64,000 nucleotides of DNA from the NCBI GenBank assembly GCA_964252075.1, contig CAXULY010000004.1:32001-96000 (forward strand), in the 5' to 3' direction. The DNA is from an uncultured Deinococcaceae bacterium. Its GTDB lineage: Bacteria > Deinococcota > Deinococci > Deinococcales > Deinococcaceae. The stretch's first letter is position 1. The number at the start of each line of letters is the position of its first letter. Made by a program: the position numbers and the translations under genes. The notes under the pieces were generated by a model. It made no database searches. It was not told the DNA's origin and saw only the letters and a program-made list of their open reading frames with translations. Below are positions 45,778-56,458 of the stretch, one piece after another.

Positions 45778-46761
45778 TCAGCCCTGCCGTTCGGCCTGCT
45801 CCAGCAGGGCGCGGGCGGTGGGTTCGTCCACCACGAGGTCACTCATGAAGCCGCCGCGCAGCGCGGCGAGCAGGGCGGGCACCTTGCCGAGGCCGGACAC
45901 CACGCACAGGCGGCGGGGCGCCCGCTGGAAGAGGGTGAGGTCCGGGCCGCTGGCGCGCGCGTTGAGGGCCACGTCGCGGAAGCTGCCGTCCGCGCGGTAG
46001 AAGACGGTGGCGATGTCGCCCACCACGCGGTCCGCGTCGAGCGCGCCGAGGTCGGCGGCGCCGAGGTACCCGCCCATGTACACGTGGCTGGGCGTGTGCG
46101 CCTGTCGGCTGCCAACGGAGTACAGCAGCACGTCCGCGCGGCGCTGGATGTCAATGACGTGCCGCACGCTCTGCTCGCCCCACATGGCGCGCTTGGTGTC
46201 GGGCGAGTCGAAGAAGGCGGGCACCGGGAACAGCCACGCGCGCGCGCCGTAGTTGCGGGCGAAGCGCAGCACGGTGTCGCTCACGAAGCCGTTCACGAGG
46301 TCGAAGGCGGTGGCGCTGCCGTTGAGCTGCACGAACTCCACGCCCGCCACCTGTCCGGGCGTGAGGGCGCGGGAGACGGCGTCGAGGGTATTGCCCCAGG
46401 CGAGCCCGACCGTCTGTCCTGGGCGCAGGCTGGCGCTGAGGAGCCGCGCGGCGCTCACCGCGACGCGCTCCAGCCACAGGCCGTCGTCGCTGCCCGCGGG
46501 GACGCTCACGACGTGCGGGTGCAGGAAGGGGAAGCGCTCGCGCAGGGCGTCCTCGAGGCGCTGGGGGTGCTCGCGTGGGTCGTGAATGCGGATCTCGACG
46601 AGGCCGAGGCGGCGCGCGAGGGTGAGGAGGCGGGACACCTTGGGGCGGGAGAGCCCGAGTTCGCGGGCGATGGCGTCGGTGGTGAGGCCCTGGTGGTAGT
46701 ACAGCCGCGCGATCTGCACGGCCTGCACCGCCTGGTCGTCCGGCGTGGACTTGAGCTGCAC
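45778..46761 (-). CDS. SorC/DeoR-type sugar-binding regulator, likely glycerol repressor
   Basis: ARLYY...IARELGLSRPKVSRLL HTH, AWGNT, VGDI; divergent from the glp genes. Confidence 0.9.
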   Translation of the reverse strand: MQLKSTPDDQAVQAVQIARLYYHQGLTTDAIARELGLSRPKVSRLLTLARRLGLVEIRIHDPREHPQRLEDALRERFPFLHPHVVSVPAGSDDGLWLERVAVSAARLLSASLRPGQTVGLAWGNTLDAVSRALTPGQVAGVEFVQLNGSATAFDLVNGFVSDTVLRFARNYGARAWLFPVPAFFDSPDTKRAMWGEQSVRHVIDIQRRADVLLYSVGSRQAHTPSHVYMGGYLGAADLGALDADRVVGDIATVFYRADGSFRDVALNARASGPDLTLFQRAPRRLCVVSGLGKVPALLAALRGGFMSDLVVDEPTARALLEQAERQG

Positions 46762-46785
46762 CCCGCCACGATACCGCGCGCGGCT

Positions 46786-46835
46786 TGAACATTTGTTCAG
46801 TGCACTTGACAAAGTGTTCAACCGGGACGTAGAAA
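46786..46835 (+). promoter_or_regulatory. Palindromic operator and probable glp promoter
   Basis: TGAACA-TT-TGTTCA (46786-46799), TTGACA (46806-46811), second TGTTCA (46815-46820), TAGAAA (46830-46835). Confidence 0.65.
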
Positions 46836-46916
46836 AAGTGAACGTCAAGGACGGGAGACGCAGCGGCCGGAAGGACACCTTCCGGCGCCCTCCCGGCGCG
46901 CGGCAAAGGAGAGCGT

Positions 46917-48656
46917 GTGAAAACTGCCCGATTTCTGTTCTGGCTGGGTGCGGCCCTCGTGCTGGTGGGCGGCCTCATCGCCTACTTCACGCAGACCGCC
47001 GGGCGCACCATCGCGGTGCGCGACGTGCGCTTCATGGGCGCGAACGGCACGCAACTCAGTGCCCTGCTGTACGTCCCGAAGGGTGTGACCGCCAAGACCC
47101 CGGCGCCCGGCATCCTGGCGGTGCACGGGTACATCAACTCCCGTGAGGCGCAGGCGGACTTCGCCATCGAGTTCGCGCGGCGCGGCTACGTGGTGCTGTC
47201 CATGGATCAGGCAGGGCACGGGTACAGCGACGCGCCCGCCTTCGCGAACGGCTTCGGTGGCCCGGCGGGCCTCGCGTACCTGCGCAGCCTGGACCTCGTG
47301 GACAAGAACAACATCGGGCTGGAGGGGCACTCCATGGGCGGCTGGACCATCCTGAACGCCGCCGCCGCTTACCCGGACGGCTACAAGGCGATGGTGCTGG
47401 AAGGCTCCTCGACGGGCTCGGGCTTCGCGCCGGAAGGCACGCCCACCTACCCCCGCAACCTGGGCTTGGTGTACAGCAAGTTCGACGAGTTCTCGCAGCT
47501 GATGTGGGAGGTGGACCGCGCGCAGGACGTCACGGGCAGCGCGAAGCTGAAGAAGGCCTTCGGCACGACCGACACCATCAAGCCCGAGCAGCTGTATGGG
47601 GACATCCAGGCGGGCACCGCGCGCATGCTGTTCACGCCCACCACCACGCACCCCGGCGATCACCTGTCCGGCACCGCCATCGGGGACGCCATCACGTGGT
47701 TCGGGCGCACCCTCACGGGCGCCCGGCCGCTGCCCGCCACGAACCAGATCTGGCAGTGGAAGGAGTTCGGCACGACGCTCGGCTGGGGCGGCTTCGTGCT
47801 GCTGGTGCTTGGCACGGGCGGCCTGCTGCTCGGCACACCGTACTTCGCGAACATGCGCCGCTCGCCCGGCGAGCCGCGCGGCGCGGTGGGCGGCGGCTGG
47901 TGGCTGGCCGCGGTCCTGACGCTCGCCATCCCGCTGTTCACGTACTTCCCGTTCTTCCACCTCGCGGACCGCATCATCAAGCCGAGCGCCTTCTGGCCGC
48001 AGACCATCACCACGGAAATCATGGTGTGGGCGGTGCTGAACACCGTGATCTCGCTGATCCTGTTCCTGGTGTGGCGCGCCACCACCCGCAACCGCCCGTC
48101 CGGCGCGCAGGATTATGGCCTCGCCGGGCCGCGCGGCCTGGAGTGGGGGGACATCGGGAAGTCCGCGCTGCTCGCGCTCGCGGCGGTCGGGGTGGGGTAC
48201 CTGTCCCTGGTCCTCACGGACTTCTTCTTCAAGGTGGATTACCGCTTCTGGTTCGTGGGCCTCAAGCTCATGAACACCGGCCAGTTCAGAATGTTCCTGT
48301 GCTACCTGATTCCCTTCACCCTGTACGCGCTGATGGCCGCCACCGTGCTGCACGGCCAGATGCGCCGCAGCGTGCGCGACAACATGCTGCTGAACGTGCT
48401 GCTGCTGGCGGGGGGCTTCCTGGTGTTCCTGGTGCTGCAGTACGGCACGCTGTTCATCCGCGGCGCGCTGTTCACGCCGAGCGAGCCGCTGAACGTGATC
48501 GTCGCGATTCAGTTCCTGCCGATCCTCGCGATCCTCGGGGTGTTCATGAGTTACTTCGCGCGCAACACGGCGCGCGTGTACACCGGGGCGTTCGTGTCCG
48601 CGCTGTTCGTGACGTGGTACATCGTGGCGGGCCAGGCGACGCAGTTCCCGATCTAA
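46917..48656 (+). CDS. Alpha/beta hydrolase fused to a multi-pass membrane domain
   Basis: N-terminal anchor, HGY, DQAGHG, GHSMG, then about 8-9 TMs. Confidence 0.85.
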   Translation: MKTARFLFWLGAALVLVGGLIAYFTQTAGRTIAVRDVRFMGANGTQLSALLYVPKGVTAKTPAPGILAVHGYINSREAQADFAIEFARRGYVVLSMDQAGHGYSDAPAFANGFGGPAGLAYLRSLDLVDKNNIGLEGHSMGGWTILNAAAAYPDGYKAMVLEGSSTGSGFAPEGTPTYPRNLGLVYSKFDEFSQLMWEVDRAQDVTGSAKLKKAFGTTDTIKPEQLYGDIQAGTARMLFTPTTTHPGDHLSGTAIGDAITWFGRTLTGARPLPATNQIWQWKEFGTTLGWGGFVLLVLGTGGLLLGTPYFANMRRSPGEPRGAVGGGWWLAAVLTLAIPLFTYFPFFHLADRIIKPSAFWPQTITTEIMVWAVLNTVISLILFLVWRATTRNRPSGAQDYGLAGPRGLEWGDIGKSALLALAAVGVGYLSLVLTDFFFKVDYRFWFVGLKLMNTGQFRMFLCYLIPFTLYALMAATVLHGQMRRSVRDNMLLNVLLLAGGFLVFLVLQYGTLFIRGALFTPSEPLNVIVAIQFLPILAILGVFMSYFARNTARVYTGAFVSALFVTWYIVAGQATQFPI

Positions 48657-48666
48657 AGGACCACCC

Positions 48667-50157
48667 ATGAGCGAGTACATCCTGGCCCTGGATCAGGGCA
48701 CCACCTCCAGCCGCGCGATCGTCTTCGACCGCGCGGGGGGGGTGCGCGCCCGAGCGCAGAAGGAATTCCGGCAGATCTTTCCCGCGCCGGGCCTCGTGGA
48801 GCACGACGCGCGCGAGATCTGGAGCACCCAGATCGGCGTGGCGCAGGAGGCGCTGGCGCGCGCGGGGTTGCGCGCGCGGGACATCGCGGCCATCGGCATC
48901 ACGAACCAGCGGGAGACGGTGGTGGTGTGGGAGCGCGCGAGCGGGCGCCCGGTGGGGCACGCCATCGTGTGGCAGGACCGCCGCACCGCCGCGGACTGCG
49001 ACGCCCTGCGCGCGCGCGGCGTGGAGCCCACCTTCCAGGCGAAGACGGGACTGCGCCTCGACCCGTACTTCAGTGGCACCAAACTCAAGTGGCTGCTGGA
49101 CCACACGGAGGGTGCGCGCGCGCGCGCGGAGCGCGGCGAGCTGTGCTTCGGCACGGTGGACTCGTGGCTGGTACACCAGCTGACGGGCGGCGCGCTGCAC
49201 GTCACGGACGCCACCAACGCCAGCCGCACGCTGCTCTTCAACATCCACACCGGCGACTGGGACGATGAGCTGCTCGCGCTGCTGGACGTGCCGCGCGCCA
49301 TGCTGCCCGAGGTGCGCGCCAGCAGTGAGGTGTACGGCGAGACGCAGGAGGGTCTGTTCGGCGCGCGCATTCCCGTGGCGGGCATCGCGGGCGACCAGCA
49401 GGCCGCAACCTTCGGGCAGGCGTGCCTCACGCGCGGCATGGTGAAGAACACCTACGGCACCGGCTGCTTCATGCTCCTGAACACCGGCGAGGAGCCCGTG
49501 CCGAGCGCGCATCAGCTGCTGAGCACCGTCGCGTGGCGCCTCCCGCAGGGCACGCAGTACGCCCTGGAGGGCAGCGTGTTCGTGGCGGGCGCGGTCGTGC
49601 AGTGGCTGCGCGACGGCCTGAAGATCATCCGCACGGCGGAGGACGTCGAGGCGCTCGCGGCGAGCGAACCGGACAACGGCGGCGTGTACCTCGTGCCGGC
49701 CTTCGTGGGGCTCGGCGCGCCGCACTGGGACCCGTACGCACGCGGCCTCATTCATGGCCTCACGCGCGGCGCGACGGGGGGGCACCTCGCGCGCGCCGCG
49801 CTGGAGAGCGTGGCGTACCAGACGGCGGACGTGCTGTCCGCCATGCGGCAGGACAGCGGCCTGGACATCCCGGAGTTGCGCGTGGACGGCGGCGCGAGCA
49901 GCAACAACCTGCTCATGCAGTTCCAGGCGGACGTGCTGGACGTGCCGGTGCTGCGCCCGAAGGTCACGGAGACGACCGCGCTGGGCGCCGCGTACCTCGC
50001 GGGCCTCGCGGTGGGCTTCTGGTCCGGCGCGGAGGAACTGGCGTCGCTGTGGCAGCTGGACCGGCGCTTCGAACCGCAGATGCATGCGGACGAACGCGCG
50101 CGCCTGCTGTCCGGGTGGCACAAGGCCGTGGAGCGCGCCAAAGGCTGGGCGGAGTAA
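48667..50157 (+). CDS. glpK: Glycerol kinase
   Basis: [33 protein letters not shown]. Confidence 0.97.
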   Translation: MSEYILALDQGTTSSRAIVFDRAGGVRARAQKEFRQIFPAPGLVEHDAREIWSTQIGVAQEALARAGLRARDIAAIGITNQRETVVVWERASGRPVGHAIVWQDRRTAADCDALRARGVEPTFQAKTGLRLDPYFSGTKLKWLLDHTEGARARAERGELCFGTVDSWLVHQLTGGALHVTDATNASRTLLFNIHTGDWDDELLALLDVPRAMLPEVRASSEVYGETQEGLFGARIPVAGIAGDQQAATFGQACLTRGMVKNTYGTGCFMLLNTGEEPVPSAHQLLSTVAWRLPQGTQYALEGSVFVAGAVVQWLRDGLKIIRTAEDVEALAASEPDNGGVYLVPAFVGLGAPHWDPYARGLIHGLTRGATGGHLARAALESVAYQTADVLSAMRQDSGLDIPELRVDGGASSNNLLMQFQADVLDVPVLRPKVTETTALGAAYLAGLAVGFWSGAEELASLWQLDRRFEPQMHADERARLLSGWHKAVERAKGWAE

Positions 50158-50276
50158 CGGGTGACCGGCAGGCGCCCAGACCCGACACCCGTGTCTCCCT
50201 CACCGACCACCTCGGATTGATCGTTCAAACTATCACTCTCCTCGCGCTCCTTGGCGCAGAATCAGGCAGGACCCAC

Positions 50277-51845
50277 ATGACTGCACCCACCCGAACTGAA
50301 CTCCTCGCGCAGCTCCAGACGCCCGAACCGTGGGACGTCATCGTGATTGGCGGCGGCGCGTCCGGCCTGGGCAGCGCCGTGGAGGCCGCCACGCGCGGCT
50401 ACCGCACGCTGCTCCTGGAGGCCTTCGATTACGCGAAGGGCACCTCCAGCCGCTCCACGAAACTCGTGCACGGCGGCGTGCGCTACCTCGCGCAGGGCAA
50501 CATCAGCCTCGTGCGCGAGGCGCTGCACGAGCGCGGCCTGCTGCGCCAGAACGCCCCGCACCTCGTGCACGACCTGAGCTTCGTGGTGCCCGCCTACGAC
50601 TGGTGGGCGGGGCCGTTCTACGGTATCGGCCTGAAGGTGTACGACCTGCTCGCGGGCCGCCTGAACCTCGGCAGCAGCAAGAACCTCGACGCGGAACGCG
50701 CCTTGGAGCGCGCCCCCACCCTGAAGCGCGAGGGCCTGCGCGGCGGCATCCTGTACTTCGACGGGCAGTTCGACGACGCGCGCCTCGCCGTGACGCTCCT
50801 GCGCACGCTGCTGGACGCGGGCGGCGTCGCCGTGAACTACGCGCCCGTGACGGGCCTCCTGAAGAACGAGGAGGGCAAGGTCGCGGGCGTGCGCGCGCGC
50901 GACGCGGAGACCGGCGCGGAGTTCGAGCTGCGCGCGAAGAGCGTCATCAACGCCACGGGCGTGTTCGTGGATCAGATCCGGCACATGGACGACCCCGGCG
51001 CGAACGCCATGCTGTCGCCCAGCCAGGGCGTGCACGTGGTGGTGCCCCGGCGCTTCCTGCCGGGCGACAGCGCCATCATGATTCCCCGCACGGAGGACGG
51101 CCGCGTGCTGTTCGCGGTGCCGTGGCACGACCACACCGTGATCGGCACGACCGACACGCCCGTGCCGGAGGCGAGCCTGGAGCCGCGCGCGCTGCCCGAG
51201 GAAATTGACTTCATCCTGCGGACCGCCGCGCAGTACATGGACCCTGCGCCCACCCGAGCGGACGTGCTGAGCGTGTACGTGGGCCTGCGCCCGCTCGTGA
51301 AGGCCGAGAAGACGGACGGCGCGGGCAGCACCGCGCAGCTCTCCCGCGACCACGTGATCCGCATCTCCGAGAGCGGCCTGCTGACCCTCACGGGCGGCAA
51401 GTGGACGACGTACCGCCGCATGGGCGAGGACGCCGTGAACCGCGCGGCGGTGCTGGGCGGCCTGCCGGAGCGCCTGACCACCACGCCCGCGCTGCACCTG
51501 CACGGCTGGACGCAGCACCCCGAGGCGGAACCGTGGGGCGTGTACGGCACGGACGCCGCGCGCGTGCGCGAACTGCCCGGAGCGGACGCGCTGCTGCACC
51601 CGGAACTCCCGTACACGGAGGCGCAGGTGCGCTTCGCGGCGCGCTTCGAGCAGGCCCGCACCGTCGAGGACGTGCTGTCGCGCCGCACGCGCGCCCTTCT
51701 GATCGGCGCGCGCGCCGCGAGCGAGGCCGCCCCGCGCGTCGCGGCGATCCTTGCCGAGGAGCTGGGCTTCGATGCCTCGTGGCAGGCGGCGCAGGTGCAG
51801 GAATTCCAGGCGCTCGCGCGCGGCTACCAGCTCGACCCGGCGTGA
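50277..51845 (+). CDS. glpD: FAD glycerol-3-phosphate dehydrogenase
   Basis: GTSSRSTKLVHGGVRYL, DGQFDDAR, GGKWTTYR. Confidence 0.96.
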   Translation: MTAPTRTELLAQLQTPEPWDVIVIGGGASGLGSAVEAATRGYRTLLLEAFDYAKGTSSRSTKLVHGGVRYLAQGNISLVREALHERGLLRQNAPHLVHDLSFVVPAYDWWAGPFYGIGLKVYDLLAGRLNLGSSKNLDAERALERAPTLKREGLRGGILYFDGQFDDARLAVTLLRTLLDAGGVAVNYAPVTGLLKNEEGKVAGVRARDAETGAEFELRAKSVINATGVFVDQIRHMDDPGANAMLSPSQGVHVVVPRRFLPGDSAIMIPRTEDGRVLFAVPWHDHTVIGTTDTPVPEASLEPRALPEEIDFILRTAAQYMDPAPTRADVLSVYVGLRPLVKAEKTDGAGSTAQLSRDHVIRISESGLLTLTGGKWTTYRRMGEDAVNRAAVLGGLPERLTTTPALHLHGWTQHPEAEPWGVYGTDAARVRELPGADALLHPELPYTEAQVRFAARFEQARTVEDVLSRRTRALLIGARAASEAAPRVAAILAEELGFDASWQAAQVQEFQALARGYQLDPA

Positions 51846-51855
51846 GGGAGGCATC

Positions 51856-51881
51856 AGGGGAGGCCGCGTGCGGCCTCCCCT
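51856..51881 (+). terminator. Hairpin after glpD
   Basis: AGGGGAGGCCGC-GT-GCGGCCTCCCCT. Confidence 0.6.
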
Positions 51882-51917
51882 CCCCTGTTCCTGACGAGGG
51901 TCCTTTAGGCTGACCGC

Positions 51918-52568
51918 ATGCACCCTCGGCTCGCGGCGGTCCTGAACGGCGTCTCCCTCACTGGTGACCTCGCGCGTGACACGGACGCCCTCTTCGCGCA
52001 GGCGGGGAGCCGCATCACGCGCGAGCACGTGCCGCGCGTCGCGCGCCTCGCGCAGGAACTCGCGGGGCGCTTCGGCCTGGACCCGGATCAGGCGGTGACC
52101 GCGGCGTACCTGCACGACGTGGGCGGCGCCTTCCCGCGCAGCGAGATGGTCGCCGCCTGCACGGACCTGGGCCTGATCGTGCTACCGGAGGAGCGGCAGG
52201 TGCCCATGCTGCTGCACCAGAAGCTCAGCGCGGAACTCGCGCGCGAAGCCTTCGGCGTGACGGACGCGGCGGTGCTGGACGCCGTGCGCTGCCACACCAC
52301 CCTGCGCGCGCACGCCACGCCGCTGGACGAACTGCTGTTCCTTGCGGACAAGATCGAGTGGGACCGCGGCGGCGAGCCGCCCTACAAGGCCAACCTGCTG
52401 TCCACAATGGACGGTGGTCTGACTGCCGGCGCGCGCTGGCTGCTGGCGTACCTGCATGACCACCCTGAGGACCTCCTGGTGGTTCACCCGTGGCTGCGCG
52501 AGGCGTGGGCGTGGTACGGCGTGACGTGGGTGTGTACCCTCGGCGCATGTGGCACCAACGCGACCTGA
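51918..52568 (+). CDS. YqeK-like HD-domain Ap4A hydrolase
   Basis: YLHDVG, LLHQ, HTT, ADKIE. Confidence 0.85.
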   Translation: MHPRLAAVLNGVSLTGDLARDTDALFAQAGSRITREHVPRVARLAQELAGRFGLDPDQAVTAAYLHDVGGAFPRSEMVAACTDLGLIVLPEERQVPMLLHQKLSAELAREAFGVTDAAVLDAVRCHTTLRAHATPLDELLFLADKIEWDRGGEPPYKANLLSTMDGGLTAGARWLLAYLHDHPEDLLVVHPWLREAWAWYGVTWVCTLGACGTNAT

Positions 52569-52966
52569 CCCTGCGCGCCCGCCCGCGCGGCTACCACCTC
52601 ATCACCTCGGACGTGCTGGACGCCCTGCCGGAACTGCGCGGGGTGCGGGTGGGGCTGCTGCACGTGTTCATCCAGCACACCAGCGCCAGCCTGCTGCTGA
52701 ACGAGAACGCCAGCCCGGACGTGCGCGGCGACTTCGAGCGCTTCACGCGCCACCTCGTGCCGGACGGCTGGCCGGCCTTCCAGCACACCCTGGAAGGCCC
52801 GGACGACATGAGCGCGCACATCAAGGCGAGCCTCTTCGGGCCGAGCCTCACCCTGCCCGTGCGCGCGGGGCGCCTGCACCTGGGCACGTGGCAGGGCGTG
52901 TACCTCGCGGAGCACCGCGACGACGGCGGACCGAGGCGCCTCACGCTCACCCTGCACGGGGAATGA
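52547..52966 (+). CDS. YjbQ/UPF0047-family protein
   Basis: HTSASL, NENA, EGPDDMSAHIK, LGTWQG. Confidence 0.92.
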   Translation: MWHQRDLTLRARPRGYHLITSDVLDALPELRGVRVGLLHVFIQHTSASLLLNENASPDVRGDFERFTRHLVPDGWPAFQHTLEGPDDMSAHIKASLFGPSLTLPVRAGRLHLGTWQGVYLAEHRDDGGPRRLTLTLHGE

Positions 52967-53000
52967 GAATCAGAGGAAAGAGAAGTGGGTAGGATGAGTC

Positions 53001-54143
53001 ATGGCGCGTGCTTCTGGTGGTGTCTGGCAGGCCATCACCAAACACCACAGCGCCGGAATTCGGGAGAGCTTCGCGCGCGAGGCCCTGGATCACCGGCCCC
53101 ACGTCACGGTTTGGCTCGCGTGGCTGTTCACCACCCTGGTCCTGCTGGGTTACCTGGCCCTCACCCTGGCCGGGGTTTGGGTGCTGCTGCATGCCATCCG
53201 TCCCTTTCACTTCTGGGCCTTCGTGCTCGGCGTCGTGGCGCTGTGGCTGGCGGGTTCCTCAATGCCCCGCCGTGCAGGCGCGCCGCACGTGCTGACCGAC
53301 ACCCAGGCGCCCGAACTGCACGCGCTGGTGCAGGAGATATCCCAGGCCATCGGCTTGAAGCAGGTGCCGCGCATCGCCGTCTCGCCTGACTTCAATGCGT
53401 CGTACGGCACGACCGGGTGGCGCTCCCAGCCCGTCGTGACCCTGGGCCTCCCCATCCTGTACGGCTTCGCGCCACAGGAACGGGTGGCCGTCATTGCGCA
53501 TGAGCTGGCCCACGGAGTCAACCGAGACCCCGCCCGGGGCTGGTGGATGGGGCTCGCCCAGGCCTTCTTGCTGTCGTTGTACTGGACCCTGCACCCGCGC
53601 CGGATCTGGCAGGCGGAACTGGGTGCGGCGGCCTTCCCGGCGGCCCTTGGGAACCTGCTGCTGCTGGCGCTGGCGGGCACCCCGTACGGCCTGCTGTGGG
53701 TCCTGGGTCAGCTCATCGGGCAGGACAGCCAGCGCGCGGAGTACCGGGCCGACCTGCTGGCGGCCCAGGTGGCCGGACACGAGGTCACCGCGCAGGCACT
53801 GGACCACCTGCACCTCAGTCACCTGTACGAGTACAGCCTGCAGAAGCACCGCCTACGCCCGGAACGCCCCGACGTGTTCAGCGAGTTCGCCCATCAGCTC
53901 GGCACGTATCCGCCCGAGCGTCTGGCCCACCTGCGGGAGCAACTGGCGACTGAGCAGCTGAGTCTGGACGCCAGCCACCCGCCCACGTCATGGCGCGTTC
54001 AGGTGGTGAGCGCCCACCCACGCCCAGCCCTGATCACGCTCACCGAGGAGCGCGCCGCGCGCCTGGAAGCGGAGTTGCGCCCTTTCATTCCCAGCGTGCA
54101 GCGGGTGGCCCTTGAGCGCCACCGCGAGCGCACGGGCGGCTGA
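53001..54143 (+). CDS. M48-family membrane metallopeptidase
   Basis: FNA, AHELAH, EYRAD, SHPP. Confidence 0.88.
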   Translation: MARASGGVWQAITKHHSAGIRESFAREALDHRPHVTVWLAWLFTTLVLLGYLALTLAGVWVLLHAIRPFHFWAFVLGVVALWLAGSSMPRRAGAPHVLTDTQAPELHALVQEISQAIGLKQVPRIAVSPDFNASYGTTGWRSQPVVTLGLPILYGFAPQERVAVIAHELAHGVNRDPARGWWMGLAQAFLLSLYWTLHPRRIWQAELGAAAFPAALGNLLLLALAGTPYGLLWVLGQLIGQDSQRAEYRADLLAAQVAGHEVTAQALDHLHLSHLYEYSLQKHRLRPERPDVFSEFAHQLGTYPPERLAHLREQLATEQLSLDASHPPTSWRVQVVSAHPRPALITLTEERAARLEAELRPFIPSVQRVALERHRERTGG

Positions 54144-54144
54144 C

Positions 54145-55569
54145 TCAGAAGCCCGGCGAGACGGACTGCCCGGAGACGTTCAGCTGAAACATCGCGGAGG
54201 TCGCGCCGTACAGCGGGGAGCCGCCCGTCACGCCGACGGTCTGCCCGGCGGAGATGTGCTGGCCTTTCGAAACGGACACGCTGGACAGCCCGCCGTACAC
54301 GGTCAGGACGCTGTTGGTGTGCTGCACGATGACCACCCAGCCAGTGTTCGCGTAACTCACGACTTCCAGCACGTTGCCTTCGGCGGCGGCCACCACGCCG
54401 CCGCCGGGCGCGCCGGACAGCACCACCCAGGGGCCCGTCGCGCCGTACACCGAGGAGATGCGCCCGCCGGGCAGCGGGAAGGTCAGGCGGCCCACGTTGG
54501 TGGGCAGGGGCGCGAGGTCCTGCTGGGACTGCTGCTGCTCCTCCTGCAGCTGGTCCTGCTGGTCCTGCACGGCGCTCTGCTCGCGCTGCAGGCGGTCGCG
54601 CTGCGCCTGCGCGGCGGCTTCCTGGGCGGCGGCCTGCTGCCGCGCGCGCTGCTGCTGCTGCGCCCGCACCCGCGCCTGCCGCTGCGCTTCCGCGATGGCG
54701 GCGAGGCGCGCGCGTTCTCGCCGGATGGCTTCCTGCTGCGCGCGCAGGCGCGCGAGTTCCGCCTCGCGGCGGCGGCGTTCCTCCTCGATGCGGCGGCGGC
54801 GCTCCTCAGCGAGGCGGTTCTTTTCCGTGACAATGCCGGACACCAGGCTGTTGATGGTCTGCGCGGTCAGGACGCGCTGCGCCTGCGTCTGCGCGGCGAG
54901 CGCCTGTTGCCCCTGCTGGTTCTGGCGCAGCTGCGCGAGCAGGGCGTTCTGCTGGCCGCGCTGCTGCACGAGCGCCGCGAGTTTGCCCTGCAGGTCCTGC
55001 ACGAGCCCGGCCAGCTGGTCGCGGTACACCACCTGCTGGCTGCGTTCCTGGTCGAGCGCGGCGCGTTCCGCCTTGAGCGTTTCAATCACGCGGACGTTCT
55101 CGGTGCCCATGACGTTCGCGTAGCGCGCGCGGACCAGCAGGTCCGAGAGGCTCTTGGCCTGCGAGAGCAGCGACAGGTAGCGGCCGCTGCGTTCGCGGTA
55201 CAGGGCCTGCATGAGTTGCCGCACGTCCTCCGCGAGGCGGTCCACGCGCGCCTGGCGTTCCGCGATGCGCGCGTCGAGGTCCGCGATCTGCCCCTGGGTG
55301 GTCTTGATGCGGTCCTTGAGGTCGCGGCCCTGCGCCTGCAGCGTGCTGATGTTGCCCGCGAGGGCGTCGAGGCGCGCGAGGGTCGCTTTCTGCTTGTCCC
55401 CGAGCTGCGAGAGGCGCGCGCGGAGGTCCTGCAGTTGCTGCGCCTGCTGCGCGCTCAGCTGTTGCTGCTGGCTGAGCTGCTGCTGAAGCTGCTGGAGTTT
55501 CTCGGAGGTGTCCTGCGCGGCGGCGAGTCCGAGGAGGGCCACCAGCGCGAGGGCGAGCGGGCGGCGCAC
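54145..55569 (-). CDS. envC: EnvC-like murein hydrolase activator
   Basis: Signal peptide, long coiled coil, degenerate M23 domain lacking HxH; follows ftsEX. Confidence 0.8.
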   Translation of the reverse strand: MRRPLALALVALLGLAAAQDTSEKLQQLQQQLSQQQQLSAQQAQQLQDLRARLSQLGDKQKATLARLDALAGNISTLQAQGRDLKDRIKTTQGQIADLDARIAERQARVDRLAEDVRQLMQALYRERSGRYLSLLSQAKSLSDLLVRARYANVMGTENVRVIETLKAERAALDQERSQQVVYRDQLAGLVQDLQGKLAALVQQRGQQNALLAQLRQNQQGQQALAAQTQAQRVLTAQTINSLVSGIVTEKNRLAEERRRRIEEERRRREAELARLRAQQEAIRRERARLAAIAEAQRQARVRAQQQQRARQQAAAQEAAAQAQRDRLQREQSAVQDQQDQLQEEQQQSQQDLAPLPTNVGRLTFPLPGGRISSVYGATGPWVVLSGAPGGGVVAAAEGNVLEVVSYANTGWVVIVQHTNSVLTVYGGLSSVSVSKGQHISAGQTVGVTGGSPLYGATSAMFQLNVSGQSVSPGF

Positions 55570-55570
55570 C

Positions 55571-56434
55571 TTACTCCAGCTCCCGCAGGTAGCGGCCCGA
55601 AGCGAACCAGCTGCCGATGATGCCCACCACCACGCCGAGCGTCAGCAGCGCCGCGAGCAGCGTGAGCAGCAGGTTCGGGTCGCTGATGACGGGAATGGCG
55701 GGCAGCAGCAGGCTCACGCGCGCCGCGAGCTGCACGTACGCGGGGTACAGGATGACGGCGGACAGCACGCCCGCGATCAGGCCGAGGAAGACGCCCTCCA
55801 GCAGGTACGGCAGGCGGATGAAGCCGCGCGTGGCGCCCAGCAGGCGCATCACGCCGATCTCGCCGCGGCGCGCGTACATCGCGACGCGCACGGCGTTCAG
55901 GATGTTGAAGAGCGTGCCGAGCAGCAGCAGGCCCACCAGCACGTAGCCGGTGACGCGCACGGTGGAGAGGGTCTTCACGGTCTGGTCCACGTAGCCGGCG
56001 CCGTACTCGACGTCCTCGACGCCGGGGAGTTTCTGCACGGCGCCCGCGACGGCGCGGGTGTCCGCGACGCGCGCGACGCGCAGCCGGATGGTGTCCGGGA
56101 AGGGGTTCCCGGTGAGTTCCGCGGCGTCTTTCACGTAGGGGTAGTCGCGCGTCATCTCGGTGAGCACAGCGTCCTTGGGGACCACGGTCGCCTCGCGCAC
56201 CTCGGGGATCTTCTGGATGCTGGTGAGGAGCGTCTCGGCGTCCGCGCCGTCACCCAGGAAGGCCGCAACCTCGACCTGTGACTCCAGGCTGTTCAGCGCG
56301 CGGTCCACGTTGAGCGTCAGGAGCGTCACGAAACCCAGCATCAGCAGGGTGAGGGTCATGGTGAAGAGCGTGCTGAGGGCCGCGGTGAGGTTGCCGCGCA
56401 TCGCGAGGAAGGCCTGGCGCAGGTGGTAGGTCAT
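55571..56434 (-). CDS. ftsX: Cell division permease FtsX
   Basis: Four TMs, NPFP, RRGEIGVMRLLGAT, PYLLEG. Confidence 0.93.
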   Translation of the reverse strand: MTYHLRQAFLAMRGNLTAALSTLFTMTLTLLMLGFVTLLTLNVDRALNSLESQVEVAAFLGDGADAETLLTSIQKIPEVREATVVPKDAVLTEMTRDYPYVKDAAELTGNPFPDTIRLRVARVADTRAVAGAVQKLPGVEDVEYGAGYVDQTVKTLSTVRVTGYVLVGLLLLGTLFNILNAVRVAMYARRGEIGVMRLLGATRGFIRLPYLLEGVFLGLIAGVLSAVILYPAYVQLAARVSLLLPAIPVISDPNLLLTLLAALLTLGVVVGIIGSWFASGRYLRELE

Positions 56435-56458
56435 GGCGCGCGCCTCACGGGGCCTGCC

